This document shows positions 1-18,428 of a DNA stretch of 64,000 nucleotides, piece by piece. The translations under genes were made by a program, and so were the position numbers. The DNA is from the human T2T-CHM13v2.0 reference genome, Homo sapiens: NCBI RefSeq assembly GCF_009914755.1, contig NC_060937.1, one strand, 5' to 3'. How positions within the stretch are numbered: position 1 is the stretch's first letter; each line of letters opens with the position of its first letter. The notes below the pieces were generated by a model, which did no database searches, was not told where the DNA came from, and saw only the letters and a list, made by a program, of their open reading frames with translations.

Positions 1-540
1 AATTGCCCAAATGATGTTCAATCTTCTTTAGGTTATATCTTGGTAAACAATGCTAATATATGTTCCAAAGTTGTATGAGATTTCTAAAATTCAAATGTCT
101 GAGTATATACTACCTATTATAATTAAGGTTGTTATGTTAAGTTATTGTGAACTACAGAGATAACCAAACTTCTTTGTCAGTCATGTTTCTTAACTGTAAC
201 TACCCTGGACATTTTGCTATTCACACACAATTATTTTGTTTTAATCCTTTTCAAAGATGGTTTATAATGAGCTATGGAAGTTTAACAGGTGCTTTCAAAT
301 ACAGGCTTCTGATAACTTTAGAGATTGTACATTGGAATAAAGGAAAATGTACAGGACTCATGAAGAGCTGAAATGCCCTTGAATATCAAGCAAAACCAGA
401 GTTTACTAAATGGACTGAATTCAGAAAGTTGAAGGAACTTTTTGACTTTCGCTTGGAATGTTGATGATTCTTGTTTTGTTTTTCAGAGTCAAGGAAACTT
501 ATTTCAACTATTTATGGTCTTTAATAATTAACTAAGATAT

Positions 541-839
541 GGCCGGGCACGGTGGCTCATGCCTGTAATCCCAGCACTTTGGGAGGCTGAGGTGGGAGGA
601 TCATGAGGTCAGGAGATTGATACCATCCTGGCTAACACAGTGAAACCCCGTCTCTACTAAAAAATACAAAAAATTAGCCGGGCGTGGTAGCAGGTGCCTG
701 TAGTTCCAGCTACTCAGGAGGCTGAGGCAGGAGAATTGTGTGAACCTGGGAGGCAGAGCTTGCAGTGAGCCAAGATTGAGCCACTGCATTCCAGCCTGGG
801 CAACAGAGCAAGACTCCATCTCAAAAAAAAAAAAAAAAA
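541..839 (+). mobile_element. Alu, AluY-like
   Basis: GGCCGGGC start, dimeric body, Y-type motifs (ggctaacac, gagcttgcagtg), poly-A tail. Confidence 0.95.
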
Positions 840-1155
840 TTAAGATTTGGAGCATGTTTGTTTCCCTCTGCTTGATTCCTCTAGAATTTGGAAACTATCT
901 GTGAGTATTCTAACCTGTGGCAATATAGTTGTTTGCATCAGTGCAATAAGATTCCATTTTTCTTTGCAACAGGACACAATTAGATAAAATGGTTATTTTA
1001 CCAAGGCTTTGACTGGAAGAGTATGCTTCCCTTTAAGGAGTCAAGCTGAACTTACAGATCTGATAAAAGCCCCATGGGAGACTGGCCTCATACCTTTGTC
1101 TATACAGTCCCTGTACAGGGTTCCTGACCTGTGGTCAGCAAAGAATGTCACTTTT

Positions 1156-1443
<288 letters not shown>

Positions 1444-1704
1444 CTAACAGGTTAGGAGCTCCAGGTTTATCTTGGGACCTTAAGAGGAGAGGATCACCCA
1501 ACTCATAGGTTTTTAAGGATGCAAACCCATGTCTGGGTTTGGTTTTAAAAGGTCTTATCTGAGATTCCTTGTGGAACAAACTTCCATCAAAGCCAGTCCA
1601 AAAGGCCTTCGTAGAAATAACCATTCTTGCTGCACTTTATGCAAATAATCAGGCCAAATATAAAACTACAGTCTATTTTGCAAACAACTCAGTGCTATCA
1701 TAAT

Positions 1705-1733
1705 TTGTTGTTGTTGTTGTTGTTGTTGTTGTT
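1705..1733. repeat. (TTG)n microsatellite
   Basis: About 9-10 perfect TTG units. Confidence 0.95.
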
Positions 1734-3270
1734 AACAAAAATGAGGACTGGAAAGAGAAAAATTGTGTTCCAAAACTTATCATACATTGGTCATTAAATT
1801 CTAAACTCGTTAGTTTTTAAGTTTTTGCCTGCATTTTAGACTAACCCTACTTGTTCCTGTGAACCCACTAGAAATTTCTGGCTACAGCTCAGAAAGAACA
1901 AAAGGGATGGGTAATGTAGACATCTGAATCGCTATTCTAGTTCTGACCAATTATCCTGCAAATCCTGCCAAGTGATGGGGAAAAAATAGGATGCCCACCA
2001 CTTGGAGGTTTCCTTTTGGGAAAGTAAAACCAAGAGAATTAACCAAAGCCAAGCACCATGCACCCAAATCTTAGCAAGCATAACTACAGACACCAGTTAT
2101 CTGGTTGTGTCACAAGACATCCTTTTGTCTTTCTTGTTGGAGGAGGACCCAGTTCCACAGTTTCACCATAGCATTTGGCTTATAATAAGGAGCCCATGCA
2201 ACACCCCCCAAACACATTTTTGTCCCAGACTCAATTCCAAGCTTTGGGTCAAAGCCCTAGGAAGGAAAACTGGATCTGAGGGATCCAGAAGCAGGTAATA
2301 ATGAAAGTTAAAAGGTACAGCGCAGGTGAGCATGGCTGATTCCTGCTAAATTAGCCAAGCCCAAGCTTCCTATTTCATGGATAAAGGCCTTGTTAGTATC
2401 CATGGCATAAATGAGGTCTAGGGAACTCCAAGGCTACTGACAGTAGGTGGGAAAGAGACATAGGGGAGAGTGGATAATTCCTACTCTCTAGCCCCCGCTG
2501 CTTCATGGGTGCGAGCCGCTTTGATGTCCATGGTGGCACCTGCCAAGGTCACCGGAACTCAGAAATACGAGGATGGAAGAGGGAAAGAGGACACTCTTCC
2601 CTCTCTACCTCAAGTACCCTGGGTATCTGCTAGGAAGAGAAGAGAAGCAGGGATGCCTGCTCCCCGCTTTCTAGATGGCTAGCCATTCACCTTCAGTCTG
2701 TACCCTTTTCAAATGCATCCTAAACCCCTGGGACTCCTTTGAAAAAACTCCTTCTTCTCTATCCTGTCTTCACTCATAGTAATTGCGTCTCTCTAGTATG
2801 GAACACTCCCCACAAATGCATCCTCCAAACTGGAAAGAGTTAATTTCTCAAATCTTAAACTGGTTGGCTTAGGACTGGGCTCAGGGGAAGGGAACCCAGA
2901 AGCCTGACATGCCAGCAAAAGAGTGAAGTTTTTTTTTTAACCAGCTGGGCTCTTGGCCTCCCTCTCCCTGGGCAAACTGGTAAAAGGCCTCAGAATTTCT
3001 GAGCTGTCCTTATTCCTCTCCTTGTTTCGTTTTAATACATGTTTTCTAACAACTTAGTTTGTTCTTGCCTTTAGGCCATCACACTCGTCATGCAACCGGA
3101 GCCTTTGACGATGGCCCCTTTTGCTGGGAACCCTTAGATAGGACTGTGGGGGAGCTCTGACTGCTGTTTCCCCAAAATGGCGCCCCCTGTCAGCAGGAAG
3201 CTGTTAAGATGGGTCTTTGTCCTTATCTTCAGTCTAACAACGGTTAGAAGTACTTCTTTATAGCTGGGAA

Positions 3271-3603
3271 TGAGACAACCAGGTGAAATGTGGACCCTGG
3301 AGAAACTCCAACCAGCCTGCCCACTGAAGTGGACCCTCAGGTAGTTGGTACCCTTTGCAGCGGGGAGAAGCTTGGCCCCTCCTCTTCCTGTGTGGAAGCT
3401 GGGATTCAAATGGCAGGAGGTAAGTGCTCTAACAGGGGACTCTGGCCTTGCAGAGGATCCCTGTTTCCCCTTTTTTCTCCCTCTTTCACCCAATAAAACC
3501 ATGCTTTACCCACCCTTTAAACCATTTGCAAGCCTAAATTTTTGTGGCTGTGGGACAGACAGGAACTCTGTCTTTAGCTGAACTAAGGAAAAGTCCTGCA
3601 ACA
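3271..3603 (+). mobile_element. MER61-type ERV1 3' LTR
   Basis: TG…CA termini (tgagacaaccaggtg … aagtcctgcaaca), AATAAA near 3492, follows PPT and internal sequence. Confidence 0.8.
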
Positions 3604-3615
3604 GCATGATGCTGG

Positions 3616-4042
3616 TGTGTCCAGAATTGGTTCCTGCCGGTGGGATCGTGGTCTCACTGACTTCAAGAACGAAGCCGCAGACCTTGGCGGTGAGTGTTAT
3701 AGCTCTTAAAGATGGCATGGACCCAAAGAGTGAGTGGTAGCAAGGTTTATTGTGAAGTGTGAAAGGACAAAACTTCTACGGCATGGAAGGGGACCCGAGC
3801 AGGTTGCTGCTTCTGGCTGGGGTGGCCAACTTTTATTCCCTTATTGTCCCCTTCCATGTTCCATTTCTGTCCTATCACAGTGCCCTTTTTTCAATCCTCC
3901 CCGCAATTGGCTACTTTTATAATCCTGCTTATTGGTGCATTTTACAGAGTGCTGATTGGTGTGTTTTACAATCCTCGTGTAAGACAGGAAAGTTCCCCAA
4001 ATCCCCACACAACCCAAGAAGTCCAGCTGGCCTCACCTCTCA
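3616..4042 (-). mobile_element. LTR12 (ERV9) solo LTR, short LTR12F-like form
   Basis: tgtgtcc…cacctctca termini, characteristic ggtctcactgacttcaagaacgaagccgcagacc, attgg (CCAAT) boxes, 4-bp TSD ctgg/ctga. Confidence 0.85.
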
Positions 4043-4326
4043 CTGACATCTTCTCGGGAGCCCTCAAGAAGCTTTCATGGTGGAAGGCAAAGGGGAAGCC
4101 AGCACGTCTTCCACGGCCAGAGCCGGAGCAAGAGAGAGACAGAGGAGATGCCCCACACTATTTAAATGAACAGATCTCATGAGAACTCACTCACTATCAC
4201 AAGAACATCAGCAAGGGGGAAATCTGCCCCATGAGCCAATCACCTCCCACCAGGCCCCACTTCCAATATTGAAGATTACAATTCAACATGTGATTTGGGC
4301 AGGGACACACATCCAAGCCATATCAA
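4043..4326 (-). mobile_element. MaLR LTR (MSTB-like), continuing from the 3604-3615 fragment
   Basis: cagatctcatgagaactcactcactatcac…gggacacacatccaagccatatca is the MST signature. Confidence 0.85.
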
Positions 4327-4440
4327 TAACTCAACTAATCCAAACTGGAGGGGCAAACAAGCAGCTGGGGCCCTACACTGATCCTCAGTTGCCCAACTTC
4401 TTTGGGCTTTGATAAAAACAGATGCATTTCTGACATCATA

Positions 4441-4582
4441 TTTTTTTTTAATTAAGATTTTCTAGAGAGACAGGGTCTCATGATATTGTTTAGGCTGGTC
4501 TCTAGCTCCTGGCCTCAAGCAATTCTTCCACGTTGGCCTCCCAAAGTGCTGGGATTACAAACGTGAGCCACTGTGCCTGGCC
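4441..4582 (-). mobile_element. Alu left monomer (FLAM_C/AluJ-like)
   Basis: Single arm; TSD tgacatcata / tgtcatcata. Confidence 0.85.
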
Positions 4583-6456
4583 TGTCATCATAATTTAAAT
4601 GGAGAAAACATTATTTTAAATCACTTGGTCCTGAAAAATCTTAATGGTTTGGTTGATTATATACAAATATATGCTTGTGCATTCTTTGTGCTATTTCTAG
4701 TAGTTTTGCTTACAGGTTTATTTCATACAGCTGTTAGTGTCATTTTTCCAGTACTAAAAAATATCCTAACAGCAGTAATACACCACACAATTAAAATGAC
4801 CACACACACACACACACAGACACGCACAGGCACATATCTCTCTATTGTTAATGGTCTAGTAGTCAGATTCAAAATGGAGAAATTTGTTGTAAAGATATTA
4901 ACACACAATGGTCTTTATAGATCATTGCTTCCAAAGATGCACTAAAAGTTGAAATTGTGTTCATTTTCTGGGAAAATTAATATGTAACATTCTGAAAGTC
5001 TGCATCTTTCATTGGTCCTTCTAATAGGCTCACGGTTTCATTTCCTTTGTTTTGCTCAAGTCAGTAATGCAAATGTTAAGCTCCCTCTATTAGTGCCCCT
5101 TAAAAGTAAGTTGATACTTTGGAGCTCTTAAGTGGACCTAAATGGTTTTTCAGGCATTATCATTTCTGTTTTCCACTAGCCAGGGAGACCCTAAGGGTGG
5201 GGAGACATGGCTTCTTTGTAACCCTCACAATGCCCGTACAGTCCATTATGGGCTTAGTAGGATTTTTTGTTATTAACTTGGGAATGCCGTAGTTGTCTGT
5301 AGAAGTGAACAGGAAATAAACATTGTCTACATGTGGAAATGATGCAAATTTTAAACTCTTATAGTACACTTTTCAAGCCAATTTTAAGTTGAGACTCAGA
5401 GTGTAGAAAAGTAAGCCTTCTATAATGTATCTCTGAGCAGGGCCATTTTACTTAAAATTAGTGAAGTTGTCTCCTTGACCTGTTGAAGACTCAATGAAAA
5501 TAAATTAGAGCTGAGCTTTAAACCATTCATTCCTTCCCACTTCCCATGTTTCTAATTGTTTTGGGTCCTGATTTAGAGAAAGCCAATAAAATATTATGGC
5601 TTTCTAAGCTATCAATTAATGGACAATTTAGAAAATGCTTATGGGTTGTCTTCCATCTCCAAACTTGGTGGAGCAAATTGAAATGGATGACTCATGTCTA
5701 GGGGATCAAGCATGTTAAATCAATGAACATGTTTGCTTGAATCTCATCTCCTAATGAGCTGAAACAGATAGAACATTTCTCATGCATCCAGATGGAATTA
5801 TTTTGGAAAGTAAACTAATGCACATGCCCACACAAAATTCCTCTGCTATCTCTAGCCAGATTCTGTTAGCTGTTCACCAAGATGATTTACCAACAATATG
5901 AGGTTGGGCTGCTTCTTTATATTATTGGCTCCACAGGAATTCTTCCAGAAGACAATATTTTTTCTATTTTGTTTTGTTCAATTTAATAATATCATGTACA
6001 ATATTTTCTAGATGCTGTGAGTTTGTATGTGTATCTTGAATGTGGGGGAGGTTTAGGTTTTATGACAGTAAGTGGAATTCACTTATTAAGGTTATTTGAC
6101 TTAGAATTGATTATTTATGCCAATACTTGCTAATATTTAAAATTATTTCACTGTTCATTGCCCTTACTATGTAAAACTCTCTTGAAAGTCACTAAGAAAA
6201 AACATAAACAACTCAAAATAAAAAAGTAAATTGGAATAACTTTTGGAGGTCAGTTTTCCAATGTGTATCAAAAGCCCTAAAAAATATACTTCCCGTGCAG
6301 CCAGCAGCAATTATACGTCTAAGATTACATACTAAAAAATTAATTAATAATAGCCATGTATCATATCTTACAAGAAATTTCATTGCAATCCAATTTAATA
6401 AAAACAAACAAACAAAATGCATGATAGCCTGTGTCCAACAATAGGGAATTGGTTCG

Positions 6457-6843
6457 TGTTAGCCTGGGTCTTCCAAGAAACAAAAACTGAGATAAGATTA
6501 ATAATGCAACAGGGCAAACACCCAAGAGGGGAGACGGAGAGAGATAGCCATCAAAATACCATGCAGTTCTCACCGTGGTGAAAGAGAGAGGGGAGGAAGG
6601 AAGTTTGGGTGGAAGAGTCTTAGACAGCAGCGCAGTTTTAACAAAGTTTTGGCAATGTTGATAAGGAGTCCTCCAGCCAAAGGCACCTATCAAAGGGGTC
6701 CTGTGTCTCTCGGGAATACCCACTAGAAATGTGGCTTTTGCACAGGTTCAGAGGTGGATTCCAAGAGTAGCAGCTGAAGCCATCAGTCAATAATATTTCA
6801 TGCAGTAGGAGATTTGAGAGGAGCATTTTTATGGCCACCACAC
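6457..6843 (-). mobile_element. Old ERVL-type LTR (LTR16-like) inside a decayed L1M fragment (~6215-7040)
   Basis: tgttagcctgggtcttcc…ggccaccaca; caaagttttggcaa…ggagtcctccagccaaag motif; recalled similarity only. Confidence 0.45.
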
Positions 6844-9710
6844 ATTAAATAAGTTATAACATGACCACACATGGATGTAACCACTGAAGTCGTCAAGTAG
6901 ATGAATAATTGTTGACAAGGAAAAATGTTTTTATCTTTATTAATAATTAAAATGTTAATCTACTTAAAATTTAATTAACTTTATACTTTTTACCATATCC
7001 ACAGAGTAATCACAAATCATTTTTATACCTTTTATAATTTGGGAGAAGAAGGCAATACAGATTAAAAAAAAAACACTAACAGAATTGTCACTGGAAATAC
7101 AATTCATTTACTTCACATTCACTCTCGTTTTTGCTTTTTTATCCTGGGATGCCTAAGTTATAATTACAAGAAAGAGAAAGAAACTTATAAAATTCAATAT
7201 TGAACATGAGTCAGTCATCCATGAATATTAGATTAGGGAAACTATTCTAGTCATAGCACAGGGCTCTAACTGGGGCTATTGCTTTAAAATGTTCTAAAAA
7301 TAAATTTGATTTTATTTCCTGGAAAATAATGGTAGAGATGTGATGAATAAATGCTGAGTAGAAAAACAGATCTTTTGATTATTTAGACTTTCTATTGCTC
7401 CATACGGAAGGCAAGGAGAATAATAGGGTGCAATGAGTAATACCAGTAATGAGTAATACCAGTTTACACTATGGTGAGTCTGGGGCCTTATCTCTCCAAA
7501 CAAGGCCACATAAGATAGGAGATCAGCCCCTCAAGGGTTAAGAGAATAAGAGGAGAATAGAAAAACCCTCCTACTGAAGTAGGATTTTATATATTCTTGC
7601 TCTGTTCCATGTTGCCACACATTCACCTGTGAAGCACATCATTCAATGATGATTAATAATTGCTGTGATGATGACCTTTGTGTACATGCCAATTTGCAAT
7701 TAGCTCCTTCAGACTGAAAAATGGAATTTCAGAGCTGGAAGAAAGCTTGGAGTGTACTATTCCCATGATGCTCCTGTGGTCAAATAAATTTAGATATTGC
7801 TTCATAGTATAACCCCTCTCCCCAATTTATAATGATAATTAGTATATTAAAAGACATGAGCAATCCACTGGTGAAACTCAATTTAAGTTTGTTTCATACA
7901 GCATTTCTGAAACAAAAAAAAGTGAAACTCTTTTTGCACATAATACCTATTAACCCAGTGTACTCATGAAATGCACTGTGGGAAATGAGAATGTTATCCT
8001 ATCTTTTTGTTTTCATCTAAAAACTCTGAGGGGTTAAGTTACTTAAGGTCACACAGATGGGTACTGGAAAACTGAATAATAAGACTAAGGTACCTAGCTC
8101 ACTAATGATATTGACTATACCTCTAGCTTGCTATTATTAAAGTTGGTATGGCTATTTCACCATCTTCTTTAGATAAAGGTAGCTGGACTTAGTAGACCTT
8201 TGGAAATTTAACTAAAACTATTCAAAACAGCTACTTCAGAAAGTATCCAAATTATTTTGAAGTATACCAAAAGGACAAGTGGAAAATAAGATTTGTTATC
8301 TTTTTCATCCTCCTCGGCTACTGTTTTCCGGATGTGTTTCAGATTATTGGGCTGAAGAACAAGCTTCCTTGAGGAACTGCTTCTGAGTAGCGATTTATTA
8401 ATTGCTTCTGAAATGATTTTGAGTTATGTTTCTTTTATTGGATTCCATAGTGGAATGTGACAGAGTATGTTGCTTTTTCTTTGATGCCTTCAGAGTTGTT
8501 ATGGAGGCATCCCTTCGGCCAAGTGGAAAGCAGATTTAAAAGCAAGCATGGAAATGTGTGCTTTGGGGTGATTGTGGATTCTTCATCTCCTGAGGGGGAT
8601 GAGCAGCTGTACCCTCAGGTTGCCCCTTCTCCTGCCTTGAAGGCTGAACTAATTTCCCAGAAGACTAGAAATAGATTGATGTAAGGGTGTGCAGCCTGGG
8701 GGTCAAACCATAGGCTAACTGGCTCTTCCAGTTGTTGATGTTTTTGTTAAAGTTTCCAGTGATCTTGATGCCTCATGTTGAGTAAGAGATCCAAGAATGT
8801 AGCCAGGTCGCTGGACTGAAACCAACTATACAAATTCTGAAGCTCTGTTGGGCTCAAACCAAGAAACACAGGTGGTCTTACCGAGCCACTTCAATCTTAG
8901 CCCAGCCTTAGAATAGCAGCAAGTACCTGGGTGTGTTTATTATTCTCCAACAAATATTTTTCCATTTATTTCATTTTTAAAACAACCAAAGACAAAGCTT
9001 ATTCAGCTGTAAAAATGAATTTATGTCTTGATTCAGTTGACTTTTCTTTTGTATTTTTCTCAGTTAAAGGGAAAAGGGAAAGTGGTAGGGAGCAGCAATA
9101 ATTTATGCAAGGGCATCAATTAGGGAGTCCTTCAGTGTAACCTGACATTTTTTAGGGGTAAGGATCTCCTGACTTGCTCAATTATTTCTGGACTTTTCTA
9201 CAAAGACCCTCTGAATGTTTGTTTCCACAGAGATCTTGACAAACACTAGAGACCCATCAGCCAGAGTGAATTCCCTTAGTGAAATCACTATTCTCTGCCA
9301 AGAATCAAAGGTCATCCCAGTGGAGTGCCGTCTTCGTGTTCAGCAGCTACGGAGTGTCTGGAACAGAGTGAGAACAAAAGTATCCTCATTTGGTGCCCCC
9401 TGACTCTTTTGGGAAGAATCCCAACAAAACTGCCACTGGGAATTCAGAAAGCACATTTGGAGACTGGGAAAGGGCCAGGCTAAACAGAAGAGAATGGCAA
9501 TTTAGAGTCAATAAGATAAAGGAAATAAATGACTCAAAGAAGAGTTTTAAGCCAATATTTACACCCATATTGCCATATTTACAGCTTAAACACTATGCAC
9601 TGAACATGCAGGAAGTAAGTTTTTATGGGTCTCTTAATGAATGTTAAGTCAATAGTATCCCAAACAATGGGCCCCAGTGAACTTTCTTATGAAGGCCATA
9701 CAGTGACTTA

Positions 9711-10148
<438 letters not shown>

Positions 10149-10969
10149 TTAAAGGAACCATGACATAGAATTAGAAGTCTGCTATATTATCTGACTCTTA
10201 ACTATCTGTACAGCAGATTTTATTGTAACAGACCCAATGGTTAAAGATGCTACCATCACCACTATCATAAGGGAACAATTATGCAGACAAAGCTAATTAA
10301 AGGGCTAACTAGCAAATTAATATGTGCAATTGTGAGTCCATGACAGCCAGGCAACTGAACAGTAAAATGGATTTTATCAATTGGTTGGTGCCATGGAGTC
10401 AGCAACTGCCTTTTTAAAACCAGTTTTTTCATTTCCTTCTTTTTATGGGGGAGGTAAGAGGATCTTAAAGACATCAGACCCATATAGGCTGATTGGCAGG
10501 TCCAGATGAATGATCAATAAGGCAGAAACACTCTGATATGTAAAACGCAAGCCCAAGGGAAATACCACAGAGCTCTTTGATCTTAACGAGATGCTCAGAC
10601 AACTTTTTGGAAACTTTTATTAATTTTTTGGGGGTGCCCCATTGTTCAGAGTCCTCTGGTTGCATTTACAAGTGTAATAGAAAATGACAGCCCTGTTATC
10701 CTTTCTTAAAATGTCAAAGACCACATAAAACAAACCTCATTCACAGACATCCCCCACTTTTAAACATCATGCCAGGTAACCAGCATGACAGAGCAGACCT
10801 CATATTTTGAGAGTATTCATTTTTGGAAATTCTGACTTTGTAAAAAAAAAAACAATCATTCTGATTAAAAAAAAGACAGAGATAGTATTCTAATTGATGG
10901 CTCATATACAAATTAATAGACAATTATTGCATCAACTGACAGTCCAATAGAGCAGACATCCAGTTTTCT

Positions 10970-14927
<3,958 letters not shown>

Positions 14928-15084
14928 GCAGACATCCAATTTTCTATCTGTAAAGACACAAAACTCATTATCACACAATTTAGATGGAAATATAAGTAAA
15001 GAGAAAACTTTTTTTTTTATAGCCGCTAGCACTTTCTTAAAAGGAAAATCACATAATTATTCAGACAGATGTTACTGTAAAGTT

Positions 15085-15290
15085 GTAGAGGTCAAACCAT
15101 TGGAGATAAACTTGGGTTCCAATTCTGGCTATTGGGGCTATGCAGGCCACAGATGTAGAAATTAACTTATTTGAACCTCGATGTACTCTAGCAAAATGGG
15201 CATAGTACTGGTCTCCCAAGGTTGTGGTAACAATGAAATACTTGTACATACGAACTTAGATAGCACCTTGCCTGGCCACTTACATGAACT
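15085..15290 (+). mobile_element. MIR
   Basis: ttgggttccaattctggct…aaaatgggcatagta…ggttgtggtaacaatgaaa core similarity. Confidence 0.6.
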
Positions 15291-15303
15291 ACATCTGAAT
15301 AAC

Positions 15304-15375
15304 TGATCTCAGCTCACTGCAATCTCCACCTCCGGGGTTCAAGTGATTCTCCTGCCTCGGCCTCCCGAGTAGCTG
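15304..15375 (-). mobile_element. Internal Alu right-arm fragment
   Basis: 72 bp matching Alu (ctcactgcaatctcc…cctcccgagtagctg); no tail. Confidence 0.85.
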
Positions 15376-15840
15376 CATCTTAGAGATTTCTATTGCTAGA
15401 AACCTGTGGTGGATTTCCAAACATGCCCACTCATCAGAGGACACAAGTGAAAAAAAGTGATTAATAATAAATATCATAATACAGTTATGAAACTAGTTTT
15501 GACCTCACAGGCTCCCTGAAAGAGTCTCAGCCTCCCTGTCTCAGGGTTCCCCAGACCACCTTTTGAAAATTACTGGACTAGGGAAAGCATTTGAACCTGT
15601 TGGCCAAGGAGAAGCCCTGACAGAAGTAATATGATGAAAAAAGGAAGAGGAAGTTGAGTCCTCCTTCATTGAGTATTTTCCCCAAAATCTTCAGACAAAA
15701 TGTGTCATGGTATGCAGATGCCAAATAAGACATGGTTGCTCAGGAAAGACAAAATAAAATGCATGTTGATGATTCCCAGGAAAATCAGACAAGTTGGCAG
15801 GCAAGAATAGGTATTTTTCGCCTTTAGGCTCTAGCTCCTT

Positions 15841-16884
15841 ATTATTATTATTATCTTACTTTATATTCCAGGATACATGTGCAGAACATGCAGGTTTGTT
15901 ACATAGGTATACAAGTGACATGGTGGTTTGCTGCATCTATTGACCCATCCTCTAAGTTTCCTTTCCTTGCCCCCTACTCCCCAACAGGCCCAGGTGTGTG
16001 TTTTTCCCCTCCCTGTGTCCATGTGTTATTGTTCAACTCCCAATTATGAGTGAGTATATGCAGTGTTTGGTTTTCTGTTCCTGTGTTAGTTTGCTGAGGA
16101 TGATGGTGTCCAGCTTCATCCATGTCCCTGCAAAGGACATGATCTCATTCCTTTTTATGGCTGCATAGTATTCCATGGTGTATATGTGCCACATTTTCTT
16201 TATCCAGTATATCATTGATGGGCATTTGGGTTGGTTCCATGACATTGCAATTGTAAATAGTGCTGCAATAAACATACGTGTGCATGTGTCTTCATAGTAG
16301 AATAATTTATATCCCATTGGGTATATACTCAGTTATGGGATTGCTGGGTCAAATGGTATTTCTGGCTCCAGATCCTTGAGGAATTGCCATACTGTCTTCC
16401 ACAATGGTTGAGCTAATTTATATCCCCACCAACAGTGTAAAAGCATTCCTATTTCTCCACAGCCTTGCCAGCATCTATTGCTTCTTGACTTTTTAATAAT
16501 TGCCATTCTGACTGTCATGAGATGGTATCTCATTATGGCTTTGATTTGCATTTCTCTAATGATCAGTGATGTTGAGCTTCTCCTTCACGTTTGTTGGCCA
16601 CATAAATGTCTTCTTTTGAGAAGTGTCTGTTCATATCCTTTGCCCACTTTTTGATGGAGTTGTTTTTTTTCTTGTAAATTTGTTTAAGTTCCTTGTAAAT
16701 TCTGGATATTAGACCTTTGTCAAATGGGTAGATTGCAAAAATTTTCTCCCATTCTATAGGTTGCCTGTTCACTCTGATGATAGTTTCTTTTGCTGTGCAG
16801 AAGCTCTTTAGTTTAATGAGATCCCATTTGTCAATTTTGGCTTTTGTTGCAATTGCTTTTGGTGTTTTCCTCATGAAGTCTTTG
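15841..16884 (-). mobile_element. L1PA7/8-like 3' fragment
   Basis: ORF2 C-terminal peptides in the ORF track plus 3' UTR; TSD tagctcctt at 15832 and 16885. Confidence 0.92.
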
Positions 16885-16893
16885 TAGCTCCTT

Positions 16894-17207
<314 letters not shown>

Positions 17208-18035
17208 TGAGCCCCTTATTTTTTTATTTAAATTTTTATTTTTAGCTTTTTATAACACCTTTCAAAAATCAATGCTCTTTGAAAATTCACTCCTGTTAAA
17301 ATTACTAATTGAGTGATATACTTGTGATCCTAGCTAACCTGATTTAGGGAAAGCTATTTACTCCCCACACTGTAGGTGAAAGAAGTTGAATGAGAGGTGA
17401 GCTCTGACATGGAGATGATGAGCTGACCAGGGTGATCTGTAAAGGGCTTGTGTGAGCTGTGCTGAGAGTGGAGGCTGGAGCCAGTGGTGGGGGGCTCTGA
17501 GGGACAAAGGGGATGCAAGAAGAGTGCACGCCAGGGAAAGAAGCCCGGATTAGCACAGCAGCATGTAAAAGAAGCAGGAGTATCTTCTATATGTGTAATA
17601 GACCAGAAATGATTAGAGGGGCTTATCCTGGGAAAGCAGAAGTGTCCATCACAAGGATAAAGTTAAACATGGATCCAACATTGTGTTGTAGGTGCACAGA
17701 TCCTCAGTTCTCCGTTAAGGGCTACAAATTATTTATTCAAATGTGTTTATTCCAAATTAAGCGAGCACGTTGCTATGGTGGAGATACTATGACAATTTGA
17801 AACTCCAAAAATGTAAGGGAAAGTCTTAATTCTTTATTTGAATCCTTATTTCAATCATCCTTATTTCACTCCTGAGAACGTCTTTATTTCAATTATGAGA
17901 ATTTAGGAAAAAATGACTTTTAGAAATCTCAACTATTTTAACAGGTCACAGAATGAAAATCAATGGAAAAATTCTGGCTTGGCATATGCAGAAGACTGAA
18001 ACTGGACCCCTTTCTTACATCATATACAAAAATTA

Positions 18036-18362
<327 letters not shown>

Positions 18363-18428
18363 TCAAATGTAAAATTCAAAACTATAAAAGTTCTGGAAGA
18401 CAACCTAGGCAACACCATTCTGGACATA

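Noticed and set aside
3271-3603. p53 response element known from some MER61 subfamilies
   Set aside because: No tandem RRRCWWGYYY decamers are visible in this copy
5688-7213. Isolated AP-1 sites (TGACTCA/TGAGTCA)
   Set aside because: Several 7-mer hits are expected by chance in 64 kb
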